A DNA stretch of 64,000 nucleotides, taken from the NCBI GenBank assembly GCA_937888435.1, contig CALAQS010000351.1:1942-65941 (forward strand). Reading direction: 5' to 3'. The translations under genes and the position numbers were made by a program. Every line of letters begins with the position of its first letter. Within the stretch, counting starts at the first letter, position 1. Below, in pieces: positions 8,478 through 17,728 of this stretch. The notes under the pieces are model-generated. The model saw nothing but the letters and a program-made list of their open reading frames with translations, was not told where the DNA came from and did not search any database. The DNA comes from an uncultured Acidobacteriota bacterium (GTDB lineage: Bacteria > Acidobacteriota > Thermoanaerobaculia > UBA5066).

Positions 8478-9386
8478 GTGATCCCAGCGGAAAGCTCCGT
8501 TTCCTCTCTCATCGGCATTCCGACGCAGCGGCCGACCGCCTGGTGGCTCGAGACGCTTCGAAAGCGCGCCGAGAGAATGTACGGCGAGCGCCTCGACCTG
8601 TCGAAGCCCGTCGAGTTCGACTCCGAGGAAGAGCGCCTTGCCTGCGTCAAGTTCTTCAATGCGGCGTACCGCGCCGAGGAGTCGGGGAAAGCCGGCGCGC
8701 ACAGGCTCGCCGAGGAAGTCCGCGCGTGGGATCCCGACCTCGCCGAATGCCTCGTGCTGTACGGCAACGAGGAAGGCTGGCACCGCGAGCTCCTCGACGA
8801 GTTCCTCGCGCACATCGGCGGCGGCGTGACCGAGATGGGGTGGATGGTCACCTCGTTCTACAAGACCTACGCGAAGGCCGAGCGCATGGAATCGATCATG
8901 CTCACGAACCTCATGTTCGAGACGATCGGCGCCACGACGTACCGGCTGTCGCTCCGGCGCGTGAAGCAGCCGCTCGCGCGGCAGGTGCTCACGATCCTCA
9001 CGCGCGACGAGTCTTTCCACGTGCCGCTCAACGTGCACTTCATCCGCGAGATCCTGAAGCACCACCCCGAGCGCAGCCGCGCGCGCCTGAAGGCCATCTA
9101 CCAGATGGTTTTTCACTCGCTCGTCCTGTTGTCCCTCGGAAGCCGCAAGGTGGCGCGGGATTTCGACCGGATCTCCTGGAAGGAGCTGACCTCGGCCTAC
9201 ATCGAGAATCTCGGCCGCCTCTTCGTGAACGAGCCCGACCTCGACTTCGCGCCGCCGCGCCACCTGCTCGCGGCCTTCGGCATGTCGCGCGGCAGCTTGA
9301 GGAACGCGGACGGCGTCGACGCGATCAGCGTGGCCGCGGCCGAGGCGGCCGCGCGGCGCGAAGACGTCAACGTGACGCCGCTCTAA
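8478..9386 (+). CDS. Ferritin-like diiron oxygenase (AurF-like N-oxygenase family type)
   Basis: 302 aa. Two E...ExxH carboxylate-bridged diiron motif pairs are present: AYRAEESG...NEEGWHREL and LMFETIGA...TRDESFHVPL. The GTG start is uncertain; an internal ATG at 8577 is possible. Confidence 0.7.
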   Translation: MIPAESSVSSLIGIPTQRPTAWWLETLRKRAERMYGERLDLSKPVEFDSEEERLACVKFFNAAYRAEESGKAGAHRLAEEVRAWDPDLAECLVLYGNEEGWHRELLDEFLAHIGGGVTEMGWMVTSFYKTYAKAERMESIMLTNLMFETIGATTYRLSLRRVKQPLARQVLTILTRDESFHVPLNVHFIREILKHHPERSRARLKAIYQMVFHSLVLLSLGSRKVARDFDRISWKELTSAYIENLGRLFVNEPDLDFAPPRHLLAAFGMSRGSLRNADGVDAISVAAAEAAARREDVNVTPL

Positions 9387-11205
9387 ACGCCGCTTTCGCC
9401 CGGAGCGGGGCCGGTCCCTCGCCCTTCACCAGCCGATAGGCGCCCGCCGGAAGCTCGCCGAGATCCTGCGCCGTTCCGTCCGGCCACCGCACGGTCACGC
9501 GCGCCGCGGCCGCAGTCCCCAGCCCGAAGTGCAGCGGCAGCCACGAGCCGCTCGCGTACGACGGCACGATGTAAAACTCCTTCGCTCGTCCGCCGACCGT
9601 GATCTTCGTTCCGAGGACGGTTTTCCGGTCGGCTCCCACGACCGGAAGGATCTCCAGCGCGCGCCCTCCCGGAGCCGTGTTGCGAAGGACGATCGCGGGC
9701 ACGTCGATCGGGTTGAAGACGAGGTCTTCCCGCCCGTCGCCGTCGAGGTCGCCGCTCGCGAGGCCGCGCCCCACGATGCAGAGGCGGCCGAGGTCGCCCG
9801 ACTCCGCCGAGACGTCGCGGAACTTGATCGCTCCGGGCGCGCTCTCGTTGTGGAAGAGGAATTGCCGCTGCGCGTAGCTGCGCTCGCCCACGGCAAAGTT
9901 CTTCGCCGCCGGATTGAACCACTGCGCAACGACCGTGAAAAGGCGCGGGAGGATCTGGCCGCTCGAGACCGCGAGGTCGTCCCTGCCGTCGTTGTCCCAG
10001 TCGAGCGCGGCGACGCCCCACTTCGAGAGCGGGAGGACCGGGTCATTGCCGCCCCCGAACGCCTCGATCTCGCTCTCGGCGAACGTCGCCCCCTCGACGT
10101 TGCGGTAGAGCGTGTTCGGCTCGTTCGCGTAGTTCGTGACGTAGAGGTCGGGCCGCCCGTCGCCGTCGAAGTCCGCCACGGCGAGTCCCATGCCGCTGCG
10201 CGTCCGCCGCCCGAAGGCGGTCGTGCTGCCTTCCTCCGGATATCCCGTACCGGTTTCGTCCGAAACGTCGCGGAAGCGGCCGCCGCCCTCGTTGTGGAAG
10301 AGCGTGTTGCGCCACTGGTCGTTCGAGACGTAGAGGTCGGTCTTCCCGTCGCCGTCGTAGTCGAGCGCGACGGCTCCGATCGTCTTGCTGCCCGGATCCC
10401 TCGTGCCGCTCGCGTCCGTGACGTCCTCGAATTTCCAGCCGCCGAGGTTCCGGAGCATCTGGTTGTCCTGCCCCTTGTACTCGTCGGGTGTCATGAAGGA
10501 GGTGGCCTTCGCCTTCGATTCGCGGTCGGGGTCCGTCTCGAGATAGTTCCCGATGTAGACGTCCGGGAGTCCGTCGCCATCGATGTCGAGGGCCGCGAGA
10601 GCGACCGTGAACTTCCCGCCCTCGAGGCCCGTCTTCTCCATCCTCTCGAACGTCCCATCGCCCTTGTTCCGGAAGACGAGGTTCGCCTCCCCGGCGTTGC
10701 CGATGACGAGGTCCGGGAAGCCGTCGTTGTCGAGGTCAGCCCACATCGCCGTGACGCCCCAGCCGCAGGCCACGACGCCCGATCTCTCCGTCACGTCGTC
10801 GAACGTGCCGTCTCCGCGGTTCCGGAAGAGGCGCGTGCACTCGGCCAGAGGCTGCGTTCGTCCCGCCTTCCGCCATTTCGTGGCGCTCTTCACCTGCTGG
10901 ACGAGGACGAGGTCGAGGTTCCCGTCTCCGTCGAAGTCCGCGAGCGCCGCGCCGCCGCCCATCGTGGGAATGAGCTTCGCGTCGATGAGGTCGCCGTGAA
11001 AGCGGAATCGGACCCCGGACGCCTCCGTGACGTCCGTGAACAGGGAGCCCGTGACGTTCTTCCTCCGGGAGCTCTCCCCGTGCAGGAGAAGGCTGCACGC
11101 CGCGGCGCCGGCCGCCGCGACGAGGACGACCACGAGGGCGAGAAATCGACGCACGAAAGTCGAGTATAGGGCGCGGGACCGCATGGGAGAGAATGAGGCC
11201 GGCAT
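9367..11205 (-). CDS. CRTAC1/ASPIC-UnbV family protein with FG-GAP/VCBS repeats, secreted
   Basis: 612 aa. It has repeated FG-GAP-like DxDGDGxxD motifs (ADFDGDGNLDLV, ADLDNDGFPDLV, LDIDGDGLPDVY, LDYDGDGKTDLY, ADFDGDGRPDLY, GDLDGDGREDLV). The C-terminus is UnbV/ASPIC-like (KITVGGRAKEFYIVPSYASGSWLPLHFGLG). The N-terminal signal is FLALVVVLVAAAGAAAC. The start could be 11184. Confidence 0.85.
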   Translation of the reverse strand: MPASFSPMRSRALYSTFVRRFLALVVVLVAAAGAAACSLLLHGESSRRKNVTGSLFTDVTEASGVRFRFHGDLIDAKLIPTMGGGAALADFDGDGNLDLVLVQQVKSATKWRKAGRTQPLAECTRLFRNRGDGTFDDVTERSGVVACGWGVTAMWADLDNDGFPDLVIGNAGEANLVFRNKGDGTFERMEKTGLEGGKFTVALAALDIDGDGLPDVYIGNYLETDPDRESKAKATSFMTPDEYKGQDNQMLRNLGGWKFEDVTDASGTRDPGSKTIGAVALDYDGDGKTDLYVSNDQWRNTLFHNEGGGRFRDVSDETGTGYPEEGSTTAFGRRTRSGMGLAVADFDGDGRPDLYVTNYANEPNTLYRNVEGATFAESEIEAFGGGNDPVLPLSKWGVAALDWDNDGRDDLAVSSGQILPRLFTVVAQWFNPAAKNFAVGERSYAQRQFLFHNESAPGAIKFRDVSAESGDLGRLCIVGRGLASGDLDGDGREDLVFNPIDVPAIVLRNTAPGGRALEILPVVGADRKTVLGTKITVGGRAKEFYIVPSYASGSWLPLHFGLGTAAAARVTVRWPDGTAQDLGELPAGAYRLVKGEGPAPLRAKAAFRAASR

Positions 11206-11222
11206 CGATCAGGAGGGCGCAC

Positions 11223-11900
11223 ATGGGCGAGAACGTCTCCTTCACCGTGAACGGCCAGAAGGGCGAGGGATGGTTCGCGAAGCCCGTGTCGGGCAAAGGG
11301 CCGGCCGTCGTCGTGATTCAGGAGTGGTGGGGTCTGGTGCCGCACATCAAGGACGTGACGGACCGCTTCGCGAAAGAGGGCTTCGTCGCGCTCGCGCCCG
11401 ACCTCTACCACGGCAAGACGACGACCTCGCCGGACGAGGCAGGGCGTCTCCTGATGGAAATGGACACGGAGCGCGCGGGCCGCGAGATCGCGGCGGCCGG
11501 CGCGTATCTTCTGAACCGGCCGGAGTGTGCGTCGAAAAGCTTCGGCGTCGTGGGCTTTTGCATGGGCGGCGCGCTCGCGCAATTCGCGGCCACGTCGAAC
11601 CCGAGCGTGGGCGCCGCCGTGAGCTTCTACGGCGGCTTCAAGAAAGTGCCAATCCGCTGGGAGAACCTCTCTTGCCCGATCCTCATGATCTACGGCGAGA
11701 TCGACGAGAGCGTCCCCGCATCCGAGGCGAAGCCGCTCGAGGACAAGCTCAAGGCGCTCGGGAAAAAGGTGGAGACGATCATCTTCCGCGGCGCGCCGCA
11801 CGGCTTTTTCAACGACACGCGCCCCGGCATCTACCGGGAAGAGTGCGCGGTGGACGCCTGGCAGAGAACCGTCGCCCACTTCCGCGCGCACTTGGGGTAG
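11223..11900 (+). CDS. Dienelactone hydrolase family protein
   Basis: Motifs are PAVVVIQEWWGL...DVTDRFAKEGFVALAPDLYHG and the nucleophile elbow GVVGFCMGG, with HGF near the C-terminus. I prefer the ATG at 11223 (AGGAGGG 5 nt upstream) over the track start at 11193. Confidence 0.85.
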   Translation: MGENVSFTVNGQKGEGWFAKPVSGKGPAVVVIQEWWGLVPHIKDVTDRFAKEGFVALAPDLYHGKTTTSPDEAGRLLMEMDTERAGREIAAAGAYLLNRPECASKSFGVVGFCMGGALAQFAATSNPSVGAAVSFYGGFKKVPIRWENLSCPILMIYGEIDESVPASEAKPLEDKLKALGKKVETIIFRGAPHGFFNDTRPGIYREECAVDAWQRTVAHFRAHLG

Positions 11901-11903
11901 GAG

Positions 11904-13850
11904 ATGGCGATCGAGACGGTCCGAACCGTCTGCAACAGGGACTGCCCCGACGCGTGCGGCCTGATCGCGACCGTCGAGGACGGAAGGCTCGTCTCCTTAG
12001 GAGGCGATCCCGACCATCCGGTCACGAAAGGGTTCCTCTGCCAGCGCACGTCGCAATACCCGGCGACGCAGAACTCCCCCGACCGCATCACGACACCTCT
12101 CATGAGAAAAAACGGGCGGCTCTCTCCGGCCTCGTGGGACGAGGCGCTCGGCCTCGTCGCGGACCGCCTCCTCGCGATCCGGAAGGAGTCCGGCCCCGCG
12201 GCGATCCTCCACTACCGTTCGGGCGGATCGCTCGGACTCCTCAAGTCCGTCGTGGACTATTTCTGGGAGCTGTTCGGGCCCGTCACCGTCAAGAGCGGCG
12301 ACATCTGCTCGGGGGCGGGCGACGCGGCGCAGATGACCGATTTCGGCGAGGAGGAGTCGCACGACTTCTTCGATCTCCTGAACGCGAGGAACATTCTCCT
12401 GTGGGGCAAGAATCTCGCCGTCTCGAACGTGCATCTCATGCCCCTCCTTCAGCAGGCGAAGCGAAGCGGCGCACGCGTGATCCTCGTGGACCCGATCCGG
12501 CACAAGGCCGCGAAGCTCGCCGACCGGACGATTCTCGTGCGCCCCGGCGGAGACTTCGACCTCGCGATGGGCGTCGCCGCGCGGCTGTTCGAGACGGGCG
12601 GCGTCGTCCCGGACGCGGAAGGGTTCTGCGACGATTTCGCCGCATTCCGCGCTCTTGCGACAGCGCGCCCCGCCGCGGACTGGGCGAAAGCGGCCGACGT
12701 CGGCGTCGAGGACGTCGACGCGATCGCCTCGGCGCTCGCCGAACGGCCGTGCTCTATCCAGGTGGGCTGGGGCATGGGCCGGCGGATGAACGGGTCGGCG
12801 ATCGTCCGCGCGCTCGACGCGCTCGGCGCGATCAGCGGCAACCTCGGCATTCCCGGCGGGGGCGTGTCCTTTTATTACAAACGGCGCGGGCCGTTCGACA
12901 CCTCGTTCCTGAAGAAGACGCCGCCGCGCGCGATCCCCGAACCCCTCCTCGGAGCCGGAATCCTCGCGGCCGAGGATCCGCCGATTCGCGCGGTCTGGGT
13001 GACGGCCGGCAACCCGGTATCGATGCTGCCGGACTCGGCGACCGTCGCCCGGGCGCTCGAGACGCGCGAGCTCGTCGTCGTCGTGGACACTTTCGTGACC
13101 GACACCGCCCGCCGCGCGACGGTCGTCCTGCCGACGACCTCGCTCGTCGAGGACGACGATCTCCTCGGCGCGTACGGGAACCACTTCATCGGTGCCTCGG
13201 TGCCCGTCGTGCGCCCGCCCGCCGGCGTCAAGAGCGATCTCGAGGTGATTCAGGCGCTCGCAGAAGAGATTGATGCTCGGACCGGAAGAGAAGAAGAGAA
13301 GATTTCCATGAAAGTAAGAGGGTCCGCCCGCGATTGGAAGGAAAGGCTGCTCGCACGAGTGGCGCCGTTGGGCGTTACCATTGATCGCCTCGAGCGTTCC
13401 TCCGTCCGCAACCCTTTCGCAGAAAACGTTCTCTTCGGAGATCGAAAGTTCCCGACCGCGTCCGGCAAGGTGAACCTCGTCCACGAGATGCCTCCCTCCC
13501 CGCCCGAGGAGGCCGGCTTTTCCCTCTGGCTCTTTTCGAACTCCACCGAAAAGTCGCAGAGCTCACAGTGGGCGGCTCCCGAGCCCGAAATGCTCACCGC
13601 GACGTGCCATCCGGCAGCGGCGAACGGGTTTGCCGACGGCGCTCTCGTGCGCGTCGAGAGCGCGCTGGGCTCGATCCGCGTACGGCTAAAGCACGACGCC
13701 TCGCAGCGCCGCGACGTCATGATCGTGCCGAAGGGCGGAAACTTCGACCGCGGCAACTGCGCGAACGCGCTCATCAAAGCGCGCACGACGGATGCGGGCG
13801 AGGGCGCGGCGTACCAGGACTGCCGCGTGCGGCTCGTCCCGGCCACCTGA
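11904..13850 (+). CDS. Molybdopterin-dependent oxidoreductase (MopB/DMSO-reductase superfamily, cytoplasmic, N-terminal 4Fe-4S)
   Basis: 648 aa. The 4Fe-4S motif CNRDCPDACGL...CQR is at the N-terminus. MopB blocks include ILLWGKNLAVSN, RVILVDPIRHK and VWVTAGNPVSMLPD. The C-terminal MGD-binding beta-barrel reads CHPAAANGFADGALVRVES..G. It begins 3 nt after the DLH stop. Confidence 0.85.
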   Translation: MAIETVRTVCNRDCPDACGLIATVEDGRLVSLGGDPDHPVTKGFLCQRTSQYPATQNSPDRITTPLMRKNGRLSPASWDEALGLVADRLLAIRKESGPAAILHYRSGGSLGLLKSVVDYFWELFGPVTVKSGDICSGAGDAAQMTDFGEEESHDFFDLLNARNILLWGKNLAVSNVHLMPLLQQAKRSGARVILVDPIRHKAAKLADRTILVRPGGDFDLAMGVAARLFETGGVVPDAEGFCDDFAAFRALATARPAADWAKAADVGVEDVDAIASALAERPCSIQVGWGMGRRMNGSAIVRALDALGAISGNLGIPGGGVSFYYKRRGPFDTSFLKKTPPRAIPEPLLGAGILAAEDPPIRAVWVTAGNPVSMLPDSATVARALETRELVVVVDTFVTDTARRATVVLPTTSLVEDDDLLGAYGNHFIGASVPVVRPPAGVKSDLEVIQALAEEIDARTGREEEKISMKVRGSARDWKERLLARVAPLGVTIDRLERSSVRNPFAENVLFGDRKFPTASGKVNLVHEMPPSPPEEAGFSLWLFSNSTEKSQSSQWAAPEPEMLTATCHPAAANGFADGALVRVESALGSIRVRLKHDASQRRDVMIVPKGGNFDRGNCANALIKARTTDAGEGAAYQDCRVRLVPAT

Positions 13851-13954
13851 TCCGCCCGGAAACAAACGCGAGCGCGTAGCGCTGAAGGTCCTGCCCGAAA
13901 GATTCTTCGAAGACGAGGAGAATCAAGACGCCGGCGCAGTCTGAGAGACGACAA

Positions 13955-13987
13955 TGTGGCCGCAACACTGATATGATGGTGGCCACA
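13955..13987 (+). promoter_or_regulatory. Candidate vapBC promoter/operator: inverted repeat TGTGGCC-N19-GGCCACA enclosing a TATGAT -10 box
   Basis: Read directly: TGTGGCC (13955-13961) and GGCCACA (13981-13987) are reverse complements. TATGAT is at 13972-13977. The SD aggagga and ATG 14002 follow. Confidence 0.4.
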
Positions 13988-14001
13988 GGAGGAAGTCTCG
14001 C

Positions 14002-14274
14002 ATGACTCGTATCGGTGTCCGGGGTCTCAAGGATCATCTGAGCGAGTACCTGAGGCGGGCGGGAGACGGCGAGCGAATCGTCGTCACGGATCGGGGTGAG
14101 CCGCTCGCGGCCCTGACGCCGATCGAGGAAACGGATGAGGCGCGATGGGGGTGGAACCTGGTTCGTGAAAGGGTCGCGAGCTGGAGCGGAGGCAAGCCTC
14201 GGGGAAGCGCGAAGGCTGCGGTGCTGAAGGGAAAGAAGACGACAGCAGAGATGGTCCTCGAGGACCGCCGTTGA
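14002..14274 (+). CDS. Type II antitoxin, Phd/YefM-like
   Basis: 90 aa. MTRIGVRGLKDHLSEYLRRAGDGERIVVTDRGEPLAALTPI is typical of a Phd/YefM N-terminus. It has a 4-nt TTGA overlap with the PIN toxin gene. Confidence 0.85.
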   Translation: MTRIGVRGLKDHLSEYLRRAGDGERIVVTDRGEPLAALTPIEETDEARWGWNLVRERVASWSGGKPRGSAKAAVLKGKKTTAEMVLEDRR

Positions 14275-14690
14275 TCGGCTATCTCGATACGAGCAGCCTG
14301 GTGAAGCTCTATGTCGAGGAGAAGGGCTCGCGCCTCGTTCGGGAGCTCGTGGAACGTGCCGAGCTCGTGGCGACGTCTGTCGTGACGTACGCAGAGGCGC
14401 GAGCGGCCCTTGCCCGCCAGCGACGCGAGGGTGGGCTGACGGCCGTGGGGTTCGAGCGGGCAAAAAAAGACCTCGAGCAGGACTGGCCGAGGTACCTGGC
14501 CGTCGAAGTCAGCGAGGCGGTCTACCGCAACGCCGGAGACCTCGCCGAGAAGCATCATCTCCGCGGCTTCGACAGCCTTCACCTCGCGTCCTACCTCTCT
14601 CTGTACGGAGACGGCGTGCGACAGATCCGCTTTTCGTCGTTCGACGAGGCACTCAATCGCGCGGCGCGGAAGGAAACGAAGGCACGGTAG
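14271..14690 (+). CDS. vapC: Type II toxin, PIN-domain ribonuclease VapC
   Basis: 139 aa with a TTG start. PIN acidic residues sit in the expected contexts: YLDTSSLV, TYAEARAAL and LRGFDSLHLAS. Confidence 0.9.
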   Translation: MIGYLDTSSLVKLYVEEKGSRLVRELVERAELVATSVVTYAEARAALARQRREGGLTAVGFERAKKDLEQDWPRYLAVEVSEAVYRNAGDLAEKHHLRGFDSLHLASYLSLYGDGVRQIRFSSFDEALNRAARKETKAR

Positions 14691-14705
14691 GCCCCCGCGG
14701 GCGTC

Positions 14706-15911
14706 TCAGGCGCCCGGGCGCAGGAGCTCGCGGGCCACGACCATCCGCTGGATCTCGGACGTGCCTTCGCCGATCGTGCAGAGCTTCACGTCACGGTAGA
14801 ACTTTTCGGCCGGGAAGTCCTTCGTGAAGCCGTATCCGCCATGGATCTGCACGGCGAGATTCGCCACGCGCACGGAGACCTCCGAGGCGTAGAGCTTCGC
14901 CATCGCGGACTCTTTCGTCGTGACGCGGCCCTGATCCTTCGCCCAGCCGGCGCGGTACGTCAGGAGGCGCGCCGCGTCGATCTCCGTCGCCATGTCGGCG
15001 AGATAGTTCCGGATGGACTGGAACTCGGAGATGGCCTTGCCGAACTGCTTGCGTTGCTGCGCGTAGCGGAGCGAACAGTCGAGGGCGCCTTGCGCCATGC
15101 CCAGCGCGAGGGCCGCGATCGAAATGCGTCCTCCGTCGAGCACTTTCATCGCCTGAACGAATCCTTCTCCCGCCGCGCCGAGGAGGTTGCCTTTCGGAAT
15201 CCGGCAGTCCTCCAGCACGATCGTCGCGGTGTCGGACGCCCTCATGCCGAGCTTGTTCTCCTTCTTGCCCGCGTGGACGCCCTTCTGGTGAAGGTCCACG
15301 ACGAACGCCGAGATGCCGCGCTTGCCCGCCGCCTTCTCCGTCACCGCCATGAGGACCGCCGCGTCGCCGACGGAACCGTGTGTGATGAACGTCTTGGCGC
15401 CGTTCAGCACCCACGCATCGCCGTCGAGGACGGCCGTCGTGCGTGTCCCGCCGCTGTCGCTGCCCGCCTCGGCCTCCGTGAGGCCCCAGGCTCCGAGGAG
15501 CTTCCCCTGCGCGAGGGGCGTCACCCACGCGCGGCGCTGCCCCTCGTTTCCGAACAGCCAGAGGTGGTTCGTGCAGAGGCTGTTGTGCGCGGCGACCGAA
15601 AGGCCCACCGAGCCGTCCACGCGCGACAGCTCCTCGATCACGTGGATGTAGTCGATGTACGTCAGGCCCGCGCCGCCGTACTCCTCCGGCACGAGCACGC
15701 CCAGCATCCCGAGGTCGCCCAGATGGCGCATCGCCTCGCGCGGAAACGTCTGGGCTTCGTCCCACTCCTTGACGTGAGGCGCGATCTCGCTCTCCGCGAA
15801 TTCGCGCACCATCCGTCGGATCGCCTCCTGCTCGTCGGAAAGCGAGAAGCTCATACCGGTTGGAGCGTGGGCCGAGGGAGAGGGTGAGTCGAGGACCGGG
15901 GCAGGGACCAT
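14706..15911 (-). CDS. Acyl-CoA dehydrogenase (short/medium-chain type)
   Basis: 401 aa. Blocks include [44 protein letters not shown] and [32 protein letters not shown]. The ATG at 15911 has AGGAGA upstream; an internal ATG at 15854 (MSFSLSDEQ) is an alternative. Confidence 0.9.
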   Translation of the reverse strand: MVPAPVLDSPSPSAHAPTGMSFSLSDEQEAIRRMVREFAESEIAPHVKEWDEAQTFPREAMRHLGDLGMLGVLVPEEYGGAGLTYIDYIHVIEELSRVDGSVGLSVAAHNSLCTNHLWLFGNEGQRRAWVTPLAQGKLLGAWGLTEAEAGSDSGGTRTTAVLDGDAWVLNGAKTFITHGSVGDAAVLMAVTEKAAGKRGISAFVVDLHQKGVHAGKKENKLGMRASDTATIVLEDCRIPKGNLLGAAGEGFVQAMKVLDGGRISIAALALGMAQGALDCSLRYAQQRKQFGKAISEFQSIRNYLADMATEIDAARLLTYRAGWAKDQGRVTTKESAMAKLYASEVSVRVANLAVQIHGGYGFTKDFPAEKFYRDVKLCTIGEGTSEIQRMVVARELLRPGA

Positions 15912-15926
15912 GTGAGTCTCCTGGGC

Positions 15927-15957
15927 AAAAGGAATTTGACGAGTCCGTCAAATTTCC
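15927..15957 (-). terminator. Hairpin followed by a T-run after the membrane-protein gene; could instead be an operator for the acyl-CoA dehydrogenase gene
   Basis: The minus-sense sequence is GGAAATTTGACG-gact-CGTCAAATTCC followed by TTTTgccc. The core ATTTGACG/CGTCAAAT arms are perfect. It ends only about 5 nt before the SD of the acd gene. Confidence 0.4.
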
Positions 15958-15965
15958 GTCGAATC

Positions 15966-16982
15966 TTACACGAGTGTGGGAGGGGCGTCGCCGTCCGGGG
16001 CCGAGGCAACGGGCGGAACGCTTCCGCCGCTCGCCACCGGCCAGAGCGAGACGAACGAGCCGGTTACGACGAGATCGTAGGCGAAGCTCACGAGCATCTG
16101 CGCCGCGACGAGGAGGCCCGTTCCCGCGAAAACCAGGACGAGGGACCGCCCCGCGAAAAATGAAAGGGCGAAGCGCGGGACGAGGAACGCGAATCCCGAG
16201 ACGAAGCCGGCCGCGAGGGTCAGCAGATAGAGCAGCACGACCCGCGAAAGCGAGGTGCGTATGAGGGAGACCGCCCGCGCGACGGCTTCGAGCGCATCGA
16301 CGTCGTCGCTCGCGGCGAGACGGCACGAGACGAGATAGAGCACGCGCAGTGCGACGGACCCGCCGATGACGAGCGGCAGGAAGAGAACGAAGAGAACGGT
16401 GGCCGCCATCACGAGGCCGCCTCGTTCACCCGTCGCCGCGAGAACGACGAGGCCGATCGGCAGGAGAATCAGGAGGACCAGAGACGAGACCGCGAGCGCA
16501 TAGAGGTTCACGAGCGCGAAGAAGCGCCCGAAGAGCCGGCGGGCCGACTCGCGGAAGACGGCCCCGAGGCCCGGACGACGAAACGCGGGAAGGAGAGCGT
16601 CCTCCGAGGCGTGCGCGTCGATCGCGACAAGGGACCCAACGATACCGGCCCTCAGATACGCCGCGAGGAGCGTGAGAAGGAGCAGGACGACGAGCAGGCC
16701 GAGGAGGCCGCCGACGAGCGCCCACGGCGCGGCCAGCAGGCCTTCGAAGAAACTCCAGAGCCGCGGCAAGAGCGACCCGGCGTCTCGCGCGAAATCCGAT
16801 ATCCGCGGGAACCCGCGATGAAATCCCGCCAGACCCAGAAGCACGACGAAGACGGGGACCGCGACCGCGCCGACCACCACTGCGGCGAACGCGAGTGGCG
16901 CGAGGATCAGGCCGGGATTCGCCACGAGCGCCGAAAGCCCGCGCCGGAACGCCTCGGGCGCCGGGCGCGCTGGCGTCGTCAT
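15966..16982 (-). CDS. Polytopic membrane protein of unknown function
   Basis: The real part of track ORF 15966..17144 starts at ATG 16982 (MTTPARPAPEAFRRGL), 4 nt after the stop of the dnaC-like gene. There are at least 6 long hydrophobic segments, for example LILAPLAFAAVVVGAVAVPVFVVLLGLAGF and LLGLLVVLLLLTLLAAYL. Confidence 0.65.
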   Translation of the reverse strand: MTTPARPAPEAFRRGLSALVANPGLILAPLAFAAVVVGAVAVPVFVVLLGLAGFHRGFPRISDFARDAGSLLPRLWSFFEGLLAAPWALVGGLLGLLVVLLLLTLLAAYLRAGIVGSLVAIDAHASEDALLPAFRRPGLGAVFRESARRLFGRFFALVNLYALAVSSLVLLILLPIGLVVLAATGERGGLVMAATVLFVLFLPLVIGGSVALRVLYLVSCRLAASDDVDALEAVARAVSLIRTSLSRVVLLYLLTLAAGFVSGFAFLVPRFALSFFAGRSLVLVFAGTGLLVAAQMLVSFAYDLVVTGSFVSLWPVASGGSVPPVASAPDGDAPPTLV

Positions 16983-16986
16983 CGGC

Positions 16987-17712
16987 TCAGACCTTGACGG
17001 CGCGCCACGCCCGGTAATCGAGCCCATCGAGCACGACGAGGTCGCACATCTCGTAAAGGCGGCTACGGACCATCGTACCGATGCGATCCTCCAGCTTTTC
17101 CTCCCCCTGGCGGACCGGCGCGTCGGAGTAGTTGGAGGTGACAATCGTCAGGCGCTGGCGGTTGTAACGCGTGTTGATGAGCCCGTAGAGCACGTCGCGA
17201 ACCCAGTCGGTCGGGCGCAGAGCGCCCAGCTCGTCGAGGACCAGCAGCTCGGCGTCGCGATAGGGCGCGAGGACGTCGTCGGCGTTGTCCGGGTTCGTGC
17301 GCGAGAACGTCGCCTTGATCCGTTCCAAGAGGTCCGAGAAGTCGCAGAAGATGCCTCTCACGCCACAGTCTTCGATGAGGGTCTTCAGGATCGCGACAGA
17401 AAGATGCGTCTTCCCCACGCCGACGGGCCCGACGAACATGAGGCCCCGATCCCGTGTCTTCCATTCCTCGATGAACTTGCGCGCGATCAGGCTCGCGCGC
17501 ATGTGGCTCTGAGAAGCTCCGGGGCGCTTCAGGTCGAAATTCTCGACCTTGCAGTTCAGATAGCGCTGGGGAATCTCCGCGGCTTTCAGGCGGGCTTCCG
17601 CGAGGCCGGCCGCCCGGCAACGGCAGATGACGGCACGGCCCTCGAGAGTCTCGAGGACGCCGAACCCCTTGCACGCGGGGCAGACTTCACCGGCGGGAGC
17701 GTTTGCGGCCAC
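16987..17712 (-). CDS. DnaC/DnaI/IstB-like AAA+ ATPase with N-terminal Cys-rich motif
   Basis: 241 aa with a GTG start. It has CPACKGFG...CRC, Walker A (GPVGVGKTHL), Walker B (LLVLDELG) and sensor (IVTSN). Confidence 0.8.
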   Translation of the reverse strand: MAANAPAGEVCPACKGFGVLETLEGRAVICRCRAAGLAEARLKAAEIPQRYLNCKVENFDLKRPGASQSHMRASLIARKFIEEWKTRDRGLMFVGPVGVGKTHLSVAILKTLIEDCGVRGIFCDFSDLLERIKATFSRTNPDNADDVLAPYRDAELLVLDELGALRPTDWVRDVLYGLINTRYNRQRLTIVTSNYSDAPVRQGEEKLEDRIGTMVRSRLYEMCDLVVLDGLDYRAWRAVKV

Positions 17713-17728
17713 GGCGTGATTCTAGGGC

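Noticed and set aside
16987-17712. IstB-like ATPase as a sign of an IS21 mobile element
   Set aside because: There is no IstA transposase and no inverted repeats. The gene is embedded in a tightly spaced operon and carries a Cys-rich N-terminus typical of DnaC/DnaI-like chromosomal proteins, not of IstB.
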